A DNA stretch of 63,961 nt. It comes from Saprolegnia diclina VS20. Taxonomy: Eukaryota. The translations under genes were made by a program, and so were the position numbers. Location of the stretch: contig NW_008246105.1 in the NCBI RefSeq assembly GCF_000281045.1, forward strand, positions 281,762 through 345,722. Direction: 5' to 3'. This document shows, one piece after another, positions 35,366 through 45,800 of this stretch (its first letter is position 1; each line of letters starts with the position of its first letter). The notes under the pieces were generated by a model, which worked only from the letters and a program-made list of their open reading frames with translations, searched no databases and was not told the DNA's origin.

Positions 35366-36286
35366 ATGTTCTCGACGTTCGCCACGCAGACGGGCACGCG
35401 CCCGCGCTTTGACGCCAACGGCATGAAGGCGGCCTTTGGCTACGACGCCATGAGCCGTAGCACCTTCCTGGTCTACGTGCTCATGGCCATCGCGCGTATC
35501 GAGAAAGCCATTGGCAGCTTGGTTTCCGCGCCGATGACGGTGACCGCCCACGCCGCCATGAGCTCGGCGCTCCACGGCATCAAGGGACCTCTCACCGCGG
35601 TCCCCAACGACAAGCTCGGCCGCGCCATCTCGGCCGACGGCGGCCTCGTGGTGGTTGCGACGGTCGCGTCGCCCGACTGCTACCCGACCGACAAGGTCGC
35701 TGACCTTTCCAGCTCGGCAGGGTTCCTGCACACGTATGTGGTGTCGGACGTGTCGATCAAGGTGACCGACGTCACATCGTCGGCGAACGTCACCGTGCTC
35801 GACGGCCCTCTTTGGTGCGTGTTGTTGCGTCACCTTGACACGCAGAACGTCTCGGCGGACGAGCTGCGCGAGGCCTTCAACGCCGTCGCGCGCGACTGCA
35901 ATCACTTTGTCGTCAAGGACAACTTTTTGCCCAAGGCGCCTCCGTCGAACATTGCGGGAGCTGCGCACAATGCGCTAAAGCGCAAGTATGACGAGGTCGT
36001 CAAGGAGCGCGATGCACTGGTCAAGGAGCGCAATGCAGTGGTCGAGGAGCGCAATGCACTGATCAAGGAGCACGATGCACTGATCAAGAAGCACGATGCA
36101 CTGATCAAGAAGCACGATGCACTGATCAAGGAGCACGATGCAGTGGTCCATGACATGAAAGACACGACGGCGGCATTGGCCGCAAGCCAGTGCGCGGAAG
36201 TGGCGGCCAAGAATGCGGCTATGCGCTACAAGGCCGATAACGACAAGCACCGCCAGAGCCGCTTCAATACCGACACGTATTTTTAA
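35366..36286 (+). CDS. Uncharacterised protein with C-terminal heptad-repeat coiled coil; possibly 5'-truncated
   Basis: 306-aa intronless ORF, paralog of the 30108 locus. Its similarity to that paralog begins abruptly at its ATG. Confidence 0.6.
   Translation: MFSTFATQTGTRPRFDANGMKAAFGYDAMSRSTFLVYVLMAIARIEKAIGSLVSAPMTVTAHAAMSSALHGIKGPLTAVPNDKLGRAISADGGLVVVATVASPDCYPTDKVADLSSSAGFLHTYVVSDVSIKVTDVTSSANVTVLDGPLWCVLLRHLDTQNVSADELREAFNAVARDCNHFVVKDNFLPKAPPSNIAGAAHNALKRKYDEVVKERDALVKERNAVVEERNALIKEHDALIKKHDALIKKHDALIKEHDAVVHDMKDTTAALAASQCAEVAAKNAAMRYKADNDKHRQSRFNTDTYF
35990..36157 (+). repeat. Coding minisatellite, 21 nt x8 (DALIKEH-type heptads)
   Basis: Consensus gatgcactgatcaaggagcac, repeated in frame. 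Confidence 0.95.
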
Positions 36287-37084
36287 CATACCACCATCAA
36301 GGTTTCAAGCAGCGTAACATCGTAAGATGACTAACAACAACATTATTGATTCCATTTACACTCCTGGTTGAATGAAATACATGGTATTGGTTGGCGGCGG
36401 CTAAATCACGCGGGATTTGACCTCGGCGCAGTCACTCGTGCTGCGCGGCTCTAGCCGCTTTGATGGCGATTGCCATGGGCTTGGCAGTGGTAGACAAGTT
36501 CGGAGTGAAAGACGCGATCGTATCAGACGTTGAGCTAGACGCTGGCGCGGATCGCCGGCCGGACGTATTGGCATGCCGCTGGGTGGATGTTTTAGGCCGT
36601 CGAGAAGAGGTAGTCTGAGAGTGTCATGACGCTTGTTAGGTCTTGTTCGGCTGGTGCACATGGACATGCAGCTAGATGACGCAGAGGATCACGTAGTAGG
36701 CACGTCTACAAACCCGATCGTAGGATCCCGAATAGTCTAGGCGGTTAGGATATATGGTTTTCACATACCCGATCGTCTCGGCATGGGCGTTTCAACGTAT
36801 CGGTAGAGATTAGAAATAGAGTTTTTAGGAGGAGCAGGCAAAGGCCAGTTAAACCTCGACACTTTCGATTTGGCTTCGGCCTCCTAAGTCTCAATCTTGG
36901 GGCATGCCATACTTCAGCTCTCGCAACGAGGTCTCGAAACCAAAGAGCACCTGCGCGTATCCGCTCCCGGGCGTGGCCCCAGGGGCCGTTCTGTCATCCC
37001 TAGAAGCGCATCTGCACCTGCTCCGCATGGACAGCCGCAGCACCGACCGGTCGTGTTCCGCTACGACGCCAGCGCTTCGACTCC

Positions 37085-37455
37085 ACGACGGCAGCAGCGC
37101 CCCGGTCATCTCGACACCGGCGATTTGACTTAACTGCGGCAGCGGTGTCCGGTAGTCTCGTGCTTTGACGCCGACGCTTTTTCCAACGACGGCAGCAGCG
37201 TCCTGGTCGTCTCGTGGTTTGACACCGGTGCATCATCTCAACTCGTCTCGTCCTTCGACACCGACGGTCCGCTGCAATGACGGCAGCAGCATCCCGGTCG
37301 TCTCGTCCAACGACGCCGACGCTTTCCCCCACGAAGGCAGCAGCGTCCCGGGCGTCTCTCGCTTCGACGGCGATGGCAACAGCGACCCGACGGCACCGAT
37401 ACATCAATGCGGCGACGGCAGCGACGACCCGACGTCTCTTGCTTCGACACCGGCG
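37085..37455 (+). repeat. Degenerate ~50-nt tandem repeat, about 7 units
   Basis: GACGGCAGCAGC.TCCCGGTCGTCTCG...GAC.CCG.CG recurs at ~37085, 37136, 37187, 37240 (partial), 37279, 37333 and 37413. Confidence 0.75.
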
Positions 37456-37559
37456 CACCAACAGCGCTGGACGTTCAGCCAACATTGTGCCCCAGCCGCA
37501 TCGAAGCATGCGTGCCCCTTGCGGAGATCGCGCCCGACGCACAGTTGGTGCGAAACGAA

Positions 37560-37868
37560 GATCCTACGTGTGCATGCGCGCCGCCGTACCCAGCGACTCT
37601 GGCACGGCGACCTTGCAACTGGATCAAGCCGCGCTTTCGCAGCGCCCGCTTATCGACTTACCCTCGCAGTGGGTACATCAAACGTTGTGCACGTCGGAGC
37701 AGCGTCAGTGTCTGTCCGAGCGGCGTCGCCGTGAGCGTACCTCCCCCGGAGACCGCGGCCGAGCCAACTTTGGTGATCAACCACGATCCTACGTATGCAT
37801 GCGCGCCCCCGTACCTAGCGACTCTGGCTCGACGACCTTGCAACTGGATCAAGCCGCGCATTCGCAGC
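37560..37868 (+). repeat. 84-bp direct repeat pair (37560-37643 and 37785-37868)
   Basis: GATCCTACGT.TGCATGCGCGCC.CCGTACC.AGCGACTCTGGC...CGACCTTGCAACTGGATCAAGCCGCGC.TTCGCAGC is present twice. Confidence 0.92.
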
Positions 37869-39303
37869 CCTCGCGCAACACAAGCGTACTCACTATGTTT
37901 ACCGCTAGAATCACCCACGAAAGACGACAAGTCCCCGACAACAACACTCGTCACGTCTAAGCACCTCAAGCACCGCTCTATTTGGAGGCTGTGCTGCTGA
38001 GCCACTCTCGATATCTACATCAAACGGCGAGCGCGGCCAAGTCGCGCAAGATCGACAACCAGCAGTCGCGTCAAGATCCCCCGTCTCTCCCGACCAACGA
38101 CTTCTCCAAGACGCAAGGCAGATCACGCGCCGTCACCACCCATGCACGGCTTCACACACTGGCGCGGCTTTCAAGCGAGCGGCGCGACCAAGATCGCTCC
38201 GAGACGGAATACCGCCAACGGACGCCGACCAGGTGACGATCGACATCAGCACCGACGCAGACGACAAGCACCGCCACGTTTGCACGCAGCAGCCAACACC
38301 AAGGCTCGTTCGCGCGACTCTGAAGAACTGCAGCGGCAGCGAGCAAGATGCACCACGTTTTCAACTCGACGCCTCACTACGAACGACCACACCCGACCGT
38401 CAGTCTCGAGCGACACCGAGACGTACGCAATCACCAAGACGAGGCGTCAAGAGCACAAGCACAGACCTCGGTCGACCGGTGCGCATACAATCGTCAACCA
38501 TCCGTCAACGACGCCGCTCTCCTATGACTGGGAACCGCCTCGCCAACCCATGGCAGGCGAGGTGATCAACCTCCTTTGCCCCCTTTGCTGGCAACAAGCG
38601 CGACTCCTGAAAGCTCGAGTTCGGCGGCCGATGCAATGGTGGCAGAGTCATCGTAGAAGCGTCGTCCTAGTGGCGGGTCGGGAGCTGCTGGCGCGTCCGT
38701 GGCGGGGCGCGTGCAGCTCTGTGTGCCTCATGCTTGCAGTGCCGTCGTCATGCACATGGAAGCGAGGTTCTAGCGCTGTGCCAATTGGAAAAAAGAATGG
38801 TTTTTGACCAATCCACATCAAGTTCCAGTTCAACCTTGAACTTCAAGAGGTTGAAAGCTTGGGATTCCTGCCACCTCCATGAACAAGCTCGATTGTCAGC
38901 CTAGCACCGACCGATCTCTTTGCAACAAACACACACAAGCTACATCGAGTACACATTTCGACGGGAGCCAGAATCACAGGAGCTGCTCGCAGCATTGCAC
39001 ATTCGAGTGCTGAGGACCATCGGTACGATTGTAGCCGACCTTTCCTGCGTCTAAATGCATGGGAACGAGCGTTGCTACGGACAAGTAGTAGAAGCCGACT
39101 GCTGTCGCACAAGCTGACGCTCGAAATCTTGTCGCCGTCTGCCTATGCTCATCTTGTGATAAAGCTACTCCGTGGCACCTTTTCGGGTTCGCTTTGTGTT
39201 ACTCGCGCGCTCGGTCATCAGCATGATCTGCGTCGTGAGGTGCGCGTCGCCTTCTTTCGCCATCACACACTTTGGCTTTTGATCGCACTCCAGCAACAGC
39301 AGC

Positions 39304-40725
39304 ATGGACGCACCTCCGTTGCAGCGCCCGCATGGGCCCGCGCGCAGCGTCTTCGAGACTCGCATGCTTCGTTTCATCTTTCGCTTTGTGGGTTGTCCGA
39401 GCGACCTCTTTGCAGCGATCCGCGCGTTCCCGGTCGAGATCCTCCCGATTGGCTACCCGAGCCTCCTCACGATGGCCGACGCGATCAGCGACGACCAGGT
39501 TGTGCCGTTCTTACCGATCGATCACCCGCGCCTCGACGCGCGAGACATAGCTCGCGGGCTTGAGGTGGTGCCGCTGCTCAGCTTCTTCTCGCCGGCCGGC
39601 ATTGCGCGACAGCAGGTGTTTCGTGTGCCAGTGACGATGGATCTGCCGGCGGTGCCAAGTTGCCTCGTCCAAACGACTACAGCGCTCCATTGCGACGCGC
39701 TTGGCGTGATGTTGCCGCTCTTGATGGACAACGCTCACGATCACGTGATTGCGATCTCGGGTCGCATCGCCATCAACGGGGCAGCCATTATCTGGACGCT
39801 TGGTGCGTTCGAGCGCTCTCGTCGCGTCGACAGCTTGCACGTCTTTGACCTATTCTCGCGAATGGTCACTGAGTGCCCCGAGACGGTGCTCACGGCCATC
39901 TCGCGCTTCATCAACTGCCATGGGGCGACGTTGAAGTGCGTCTATCTGCGTCACTTTGGGCTATCCCACCCGCAGGCTGGTGGCCTCGCTCGGGCGCTGC
40001 GCCCGAGCAACGGCCTGCGCGACCTCAAGATTATGGGCTCGCTCGACACCGAGCGCTGCTTTGAAGCAACATTGCCCCATGCGGCGTTTGTCTACGGTCT
40101 GGCACCGACGCTGCTGCGGCTCACGCTGTGTCCGGTGGCGTTCTCTGACTCAATCATGGAGACATTGGCGATGGCGCTTCGGGCGTCGCAGTTGACGCAC
40201 CTCTCGCTCGATCTCATACGCGGGTCGTCGCGGGCGCTGCACGAGCTTTGTGGCGCCTTCCCGAACACGCTCGAGAGCCTGACCCTACACGACGTGCTCG
40301 TCACGACGGCTGACGATGTACGGCCTTTGGTCGCGACCGTTCAACGCGCCTCGCAACTGGAGCATCTGCACCTCCAAGTGGTGACTCTCGATGACATGGA
40401 TGCACTACGCAGCGCCTTGGCCGACGTGTACCGAGCCGCCACCAACGCCCGCTCGCTGCATATCGGACACATGATCCGAGTTTCTGAGCTCATGGCGTGC
40501 ACGGCGACACTCCGCCACCTGACCACGCTCTCGGTTGAGAGGCTGTTCAGCAACGACGCGACGGCTTTGCTGCCGCTCGTGTACCAGCACGCGTCGCTCA
40601 CCAAGATGATGATCTCCGGACTGACCTTGGCGCCCGCTTCTGTCCAGGCACTTCGCAATCACCTCGCGGTAGACACTGCGCGGGCCATCACGATCAAAAT
40701 TCTCGATGGCATCAACGGAATTTGA
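39304..40725 (+). CDS. RNI-like leucine-rich protein, intronless
   Basis: 473-aa ORF with repeated LxxLxL motifs (LKCVYL, LRDLKI, LLRLTL, LTHLSL, LESLTL, LEHLHL, LTTLSV). Confidence 0.7.
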   Translation: MDAPPLQRPHGPARSVFETRMLRFIFRFVGCPSDLFAAIRAFPVEILPIGYPSLLTMADAISDDQVVPFLPIDHPRLDARDIARGLEVVPLLSFFSPAGIARQQVFRVPVTMDLPAVPSCLVQTTTALHCDALGVMLPLLMDNAHDHVIAISGRIAINGAAIIWTLGAFERSRRVDSLHVFDLFSRMVTECPETVLTAISRFINCHGATLKCVYLRHFGLSHPQAGGLARALRPSNGLRDLKIMGSLDTERCFEATLPHAAFVYGLAPTLLRLTLCPVAFSDSIMETLAMALRASQLTHLSLDLIRGSSRALHELCGAFPNTLESLTLHDVLVTTADDVRPLVATVQRASQLEHLHLQVVTLDDMDALRSALADVYRAATNARSLHIGHMIRVSELMACTATLRHLTTLSVERLFSNDATALLPLVYQHASLTKMMISGLTLAPASVQALRNHLAVDTARAITIKILDGINGI

Positions 40726-41070
40726 TGTCGATCAATACGGCGAGATCTACGGCTTCAAGGTAACGAGCCGATCTATCACAAAACTATCAGTCCACATATC
40801 AAGTTTTGCATGTTTTCTTTATAATGTTTCGATACGCGGGAGTGCTCAGGAAGCGAAAAGGGCGTATTGCCTGAATTACAATGCCAGCCTCGGGGAGGAG
40901 TCGCGGGTTGAGCAACCTTAACACCCATTTCGCTTTATAAGCCGCTAACAACCAACTCCATTCCGCAGAGCATGTAAATCAATGCTCAGGGGCCACGTCG
41001 ACTGCTATCTCGCGGCGACGCATCGCATGCCACCCTTGACGCAGTGGTCGAGCCGGTAAAGGGCGTGAAT

Positions 41071-41345
41071 NNNNNNNNNNNNNNNNNNNNNNNNNNNNNN
41101 NNNNNNNNNNNNNNNNNNNNNNNNNNNNNNNNNNNNNNNNNNNNNNNNNNNNNNNNNNNNNNNNNNNNNNNNNNNNNNNNNNNNNNNNNNNNNNNNNNNN
41201 NNNNNNNNNNNNNNNNNNNNNNNNNNNNNNNNNNNNNNNNNNNNNNNNNNNNNNNNNNNNNNNNNNNNNNNNNNNNNNNNNNNNNNNNNNNNNNNNNNNN
41301 NNNNNNNNNNNNNNNNNNNNNNNNNNNNNNNNNNNNNNNNNNNNN
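41071..41345. other. Assembly gap
   Basis: Run of N. Confidence 0.99.
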
Positions 41346-42838
41346 GACCGGCACATGCCTTTGGATTGCCAATGCGGTAACCTACTTACCTCCACGACAT
41401 GAGAGCGATTTCGACTTATTTTCAACTCGTAGACCGCCGCGGAGACTGCAGAGACCACTCGGTAATCAAGGGACAACGCTTTTTCAGCTGCGTGTCGCCC
41501 ACCTGTGCCCGTGTGCGTTGGAGCGCGAACCGCGACCAGCCAACGGAGGTGTCTGGAGCAACGCGCGTCTCGGCGGCCAAAGCTCGTGCCCTCGCGCAAT
41601 GATCACGACACAAGCAATGGTCGTCCGATCGATTTACACTCCATGTTCAGTCTTCGTCGACGCCTCCAGCGAAGTCCAAAGCTGTCCAGAGTTGCTCGAA
41701 GAACGGCCATGATGACGCGAAGCATCATCATGTTCTGGACGCAGCTCCCACTAGCAATCTCGACGCATCTCGGCTGCAATTGCCGCGACCAAGCCAAGAA
41801 GAACTGACTAGAGCAACCTCGAGGGTCGAGAGCGTGAATCCGCTGCGTCCTTTGAGTGCGACGGGGTCCTGCACGGGCATCTCGTGCCCTCGTCAGCATC
41901 GGTCGTTCCTGGCGCCACGTTTACGTGTGTCATCCTCGCGTTCGTTTCACGTGGACAGGCGCCATCTGGGCTTCCCGCATGGCATCTTGTGGATGGCTGT
42001 CCACACGCGACGGCACTGCGTGAAAGCCAATGAAGTCCACTTTGCCGTTTTCGTACCCGCGACAACCGTCACTCTGCCAACCCACACTCTTCCATTCTGA
42101 AGTCGCTGGGGACCGTTGAGAGCAGCGTCAAGGCTGTGGCGCGAAGGAGGTATGGACATGGAAGGACGCAAAGATCCGCTTTAGCTACTACGGGTGCGCC
42201 AGTGGCTCTGGGGCTCTGGGGCTGGGGCATCGCGGCCGAGAAAAAGTGGACTTCGCTCGTGTTCGTGACGATCATCGCGTCAAGTAGCTGGTCGCGCCAG
42301 GTGCACGTGCAGCCGCGGGACTTCGACGGATTTCTCTCCAGGCCATCGTTTCTCCCGATCACTATTTGGGACAAACCCGACGCATATCTTTCGGGCGCTT
42401 TCATTGGTCCATTTCCATTCCTATTGGCCAATCAAACACGTGGTCTTGACAGCGGCGGCGCCGCCACCACCAGCATCGCGTGACGCCAGGATCTCTCTTG
42501 CCTCGGTCGTCGACTACCCAACCGTGGAACCATAGTGGCAATACTCCGAGCTCCTTCTTCTCGCTTTTTGGCCTCTGTAGTCGTACAGAACGCCGACTTT
42601 GCGATGGCGCGCGTCGATTTCGCGCGGGAACGACGTCATTGCTCTGAGTGGGATTTACTGGTGGGAAACCTCACCGTACAGTGTAACTTGAGCGCGTAGC
42701 GCAATCTCTGGAGGTAGGTGTCGCGTGTAAATCACGTTTCCCACGTCGTCCCACAGCCTCTGCGGTGCCACGTACATTTCCCACGGCAGTTTTACACACG
42801 GGATCGTGTGCGCCACGGACACATCCTTCGCGCTCGGA

Positions 42839-42854
42839 GCTCATTTTGGATTTC
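42839..42854 (+). promoter_or_regulatory. Putative oomycete INR/FPR-like core promoter
   Basis: GCTCATTTTGGATTTC lies just upstream of ATG 42858 and resembles the oomycete GCTCATTYYNCAWTTT element. Confidence 0.5.
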
Positions 42855-42857
42855 ACC

Positions 42858-45800
42858 ATGGTCGACCCAGCGCTACCGAAGCGAATTGTCATCGTCGGCT
42901 CGGGCGTCACGGGCCTCACGGCTGCGCGCACCATCTGCAAGTACTCGGACTGCCGCGTGACCTTGGTGGAGGCCGCGCCGCGCCTCGGCGGCCACGCCTA
43001 CACGATCGATGGGCCGTCCGGCGAGCGCATGGACATTGGCTTCATGGTCATGAACAACCTCACGTACCCCAACTTGAACAAGCTCTTTGCCGACATTGGC
43101 GCCGAGGTCGAGCCGTCCGACATGTCGTTCTCGGTCTTTGACAAGGACTTTTCGTGGTCCTTCCAAGGCGGGTGGGCGTGGACGCTGCGCAACGTCTTCC
43201 GGCCGCGTCTCTGGCACTTCATCTCGGCGCACGGCGAGTTTGCCAAGCGCGGCCTTGCGTTCCTCCTGGACGAGACACCGCGCACGACGACGACGCGCGA
43301 GTTTGCCGTTGGCCTCGACCAGCGCTTCATCGACAAGTGGCTCGTGCCCTTCATCTCGGCGGTGTGGAGCACGTCCGCTGAAGGCGCGATGGACTTTCCG
43401 ATCCAGCCGCTCCTCAAGTTTATGCACCATCACATGTTCCTTACGCTCGAGACCGTCGCCTGGACTACCCCGGCGAACCGGTCCGAGACGTACGTTCAAA
43501 AGCTTGTGGCGCTCTGCCCCAACATGGATGTGCGCACGTCGTCCAAGGCGAGCCGCATCGACGACGACGCCAAGGAGCTCGTGCTCGAGTCGGGCGAGCG
43601 CCTCCAATATGACGCGCTCATCCTCACGTGCAGCGCGCCGGAGGCTTTGGCGCTCCAGCCACCGGCGTCAACGCGCGACTGGCTCGCCAAGTTTGAGACC
43701 AACCCATCGCGAATCGTGTGCCACACAAGCAGCTCGGGCATGCCGACGCTCAAGGAAGACTGGTCGTCTTGGAACGTCGCGGGGACGCCGGCCGACGGTC
43801 CGCAGGTCACGTACTGGATCTCGCGGCTTCAGAACCTCGCCGCCGACAACGTGTTTTTGAGTTTGAACCCGGCGACGACGCCCGAAGGCACGTTCTTCGA
43901 GACGACGCTATCGCACCCGACGATGAACCAGTCGGCGTACGAAGGACAGCTCCAAGAAGCGGCGTTCCAGGGCCACAAGAGCGTCTACTTTGCCGGCGCG
44001 TGGCTGCGCAACGGCTTCCACGAGGATGGTGCGGTCTCGGGGCTCTTGGCGGCGCGCCGGTCGCTCAATCGCGACGACCTTCCCGTCGAGTTTCCGACGC
44101 TCTCGGGCCTCCCGGCCGTCGGCGTCGTCGGATCAAGCCACCACGCGCGCCTCCTTCCTACCGACAAGGCGTACACGATCGACTACGACATGCATTTGCA
44201 CAAATTTGACACGCGGTGCCCGCCGCGGTCGTTCCACCGGCGCGACCACTTTGGCGACGTGAGCGTGCCTATCGACACGTGTGTGCGCCGCGAGCTCGCG
44301 TCGCGCCTCAACTACTGGCCCGCCGGCAAGATCGAGACGGTCGTGAACCTCCGGTACCTCGGCCTCGGCTTCAACCCGCTCACGCCCTACTTTGCGTACG
44401 ACGAGGCTGGGACGCTCCAAGCGCTGCTCATCGAAGTGCATAACACACCGTGGAACGAGCGCTGCTTGTACGCTATGCGCGTGTTGCCCAACGACGTGCT
44501 CTCGCCGGCAATCCATCCCAAGATCATGCATGTCTCGCCCTTCAACGCGCCGCCGGGCCAGCCGACCGTCGGCGAGTACGAGTTCAAGCTCGTGGGCACG
44601 TCGAGCATCACCGTGACGCTTCGCGAGGTTGAGAGCAAGGCTGTCATCATGACGGCGTCGTGGAAGGTCGACTACAGCAAGAGCCACAACGTTCGGACCG
44701 GCTCGTGGCGCACCGTGGGGCAGATCTACGTGCAGGCCGCCAAGCTCTTTGCGGCCGGCATGGCCATGCACGCGTACAAGGCGCAGTCCAAGCTCAGCCT
44801 CGTCTCGCCGATGCTGTTTCTGCCGCTGCTCATGTTTGGGGCCGTCGCCATTGCGTTCGTCCAAGCCAACATGCTGTCGACCGCTGTGCTCTTTGGCGCG
44901 CTGGGACCGCTGCTCGCGATGCACCACCGATACCACGGAGCGCTCATCCCGGCTTCGGGTCTTGCCTACTTCGTGCTACTGCTGGCGGCGCTGGTCGCGG
45001 GGACGTCGACCAACTTTAACGTCGCGCTTGCCCTCTCGTCTGTGCTGGCGTTCGCCGTCTCGATCTTCTCGACGACGCACGCAGACGCACTGCGGCTCTT
45101 GAGCTACGGTAATCTCGCGCTGGCATCGGCTGCCGTCGCGTCGCCGCTGCCGCTGTACGTGACGGCGAGCGCGACGTACTTGAATGTCTTGTACCTCTGG
45201 GCGGCGCGCCAGTCGACGGCCAACGCGGTCGGCGGCTACGCGATCGCGACGCAGGCCGCGCTGGCGTCGAGCGTCGTGCAGAGCTTGCTCGCGACGTCCT
45301 CTGAGTCGCTCTTGGCAGCGAGCCATGGGCTGTTGGCGACGCACCTTGGCTTTAGCTTTCTCGAGCCGTCGTCCAACTGGGAGTTTTACGCGCATACGAC
45401 CATCGTCGGTGTCATTGCGCTTCTGCACCCGTGGGAACCGGTGCTCTTCTCGTGGCCGCTGCTCGCGTCCTTGCTGCTACTGCAAGCTATCGTTGGTACG
45501 GCGTGGGCGTTTCTCTCTCGGTCGCCGGCCTTCTTGGCCAAGCGGGATGCGATCGTGACGCACGTGCTCCAGGCCGCGGTGCTCGCAGCGACGTCGGGCC
45601 GCCTCCTCCTCGTACAAGAGGCCCCTGCGAACCCGACGTCGCACGTCGTCATCTTGAAGAAGCCGTTCGCGTTCTTTGAAGCACTTCTCGCCAACGGCGA
45701 GCTCGGTCTTGGCGAAGCGTTTGTGCGCAACGAGTGGGAGCTCGGCCAGAACGCGACGCTCACCGAGGTGCTCCATACGCTGGCGGCCGCCAACCTCCAG

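Noticed and set aside
35073..37455. Possible CRISPR-like arrays
   Set aside because: The repeats are contiguous or degenerate without unique spacers, there are no cas genes, and the context is eukaryotic.
42032..42255. Short inverted repeat GAAGTCCACTTT / AAAGTGGACTTC
   Set aside because: Only ~12 bp with no target-site duplication; insufficient evidence for a MITE.
42765..42857. Extended N-terminus of the 1322-aa ORF from a GTG start
   Set aside because: This is a eukaryotic gene. The first ATG (42858) follows an INR-like element and directly precedes the FAD-binding motif.
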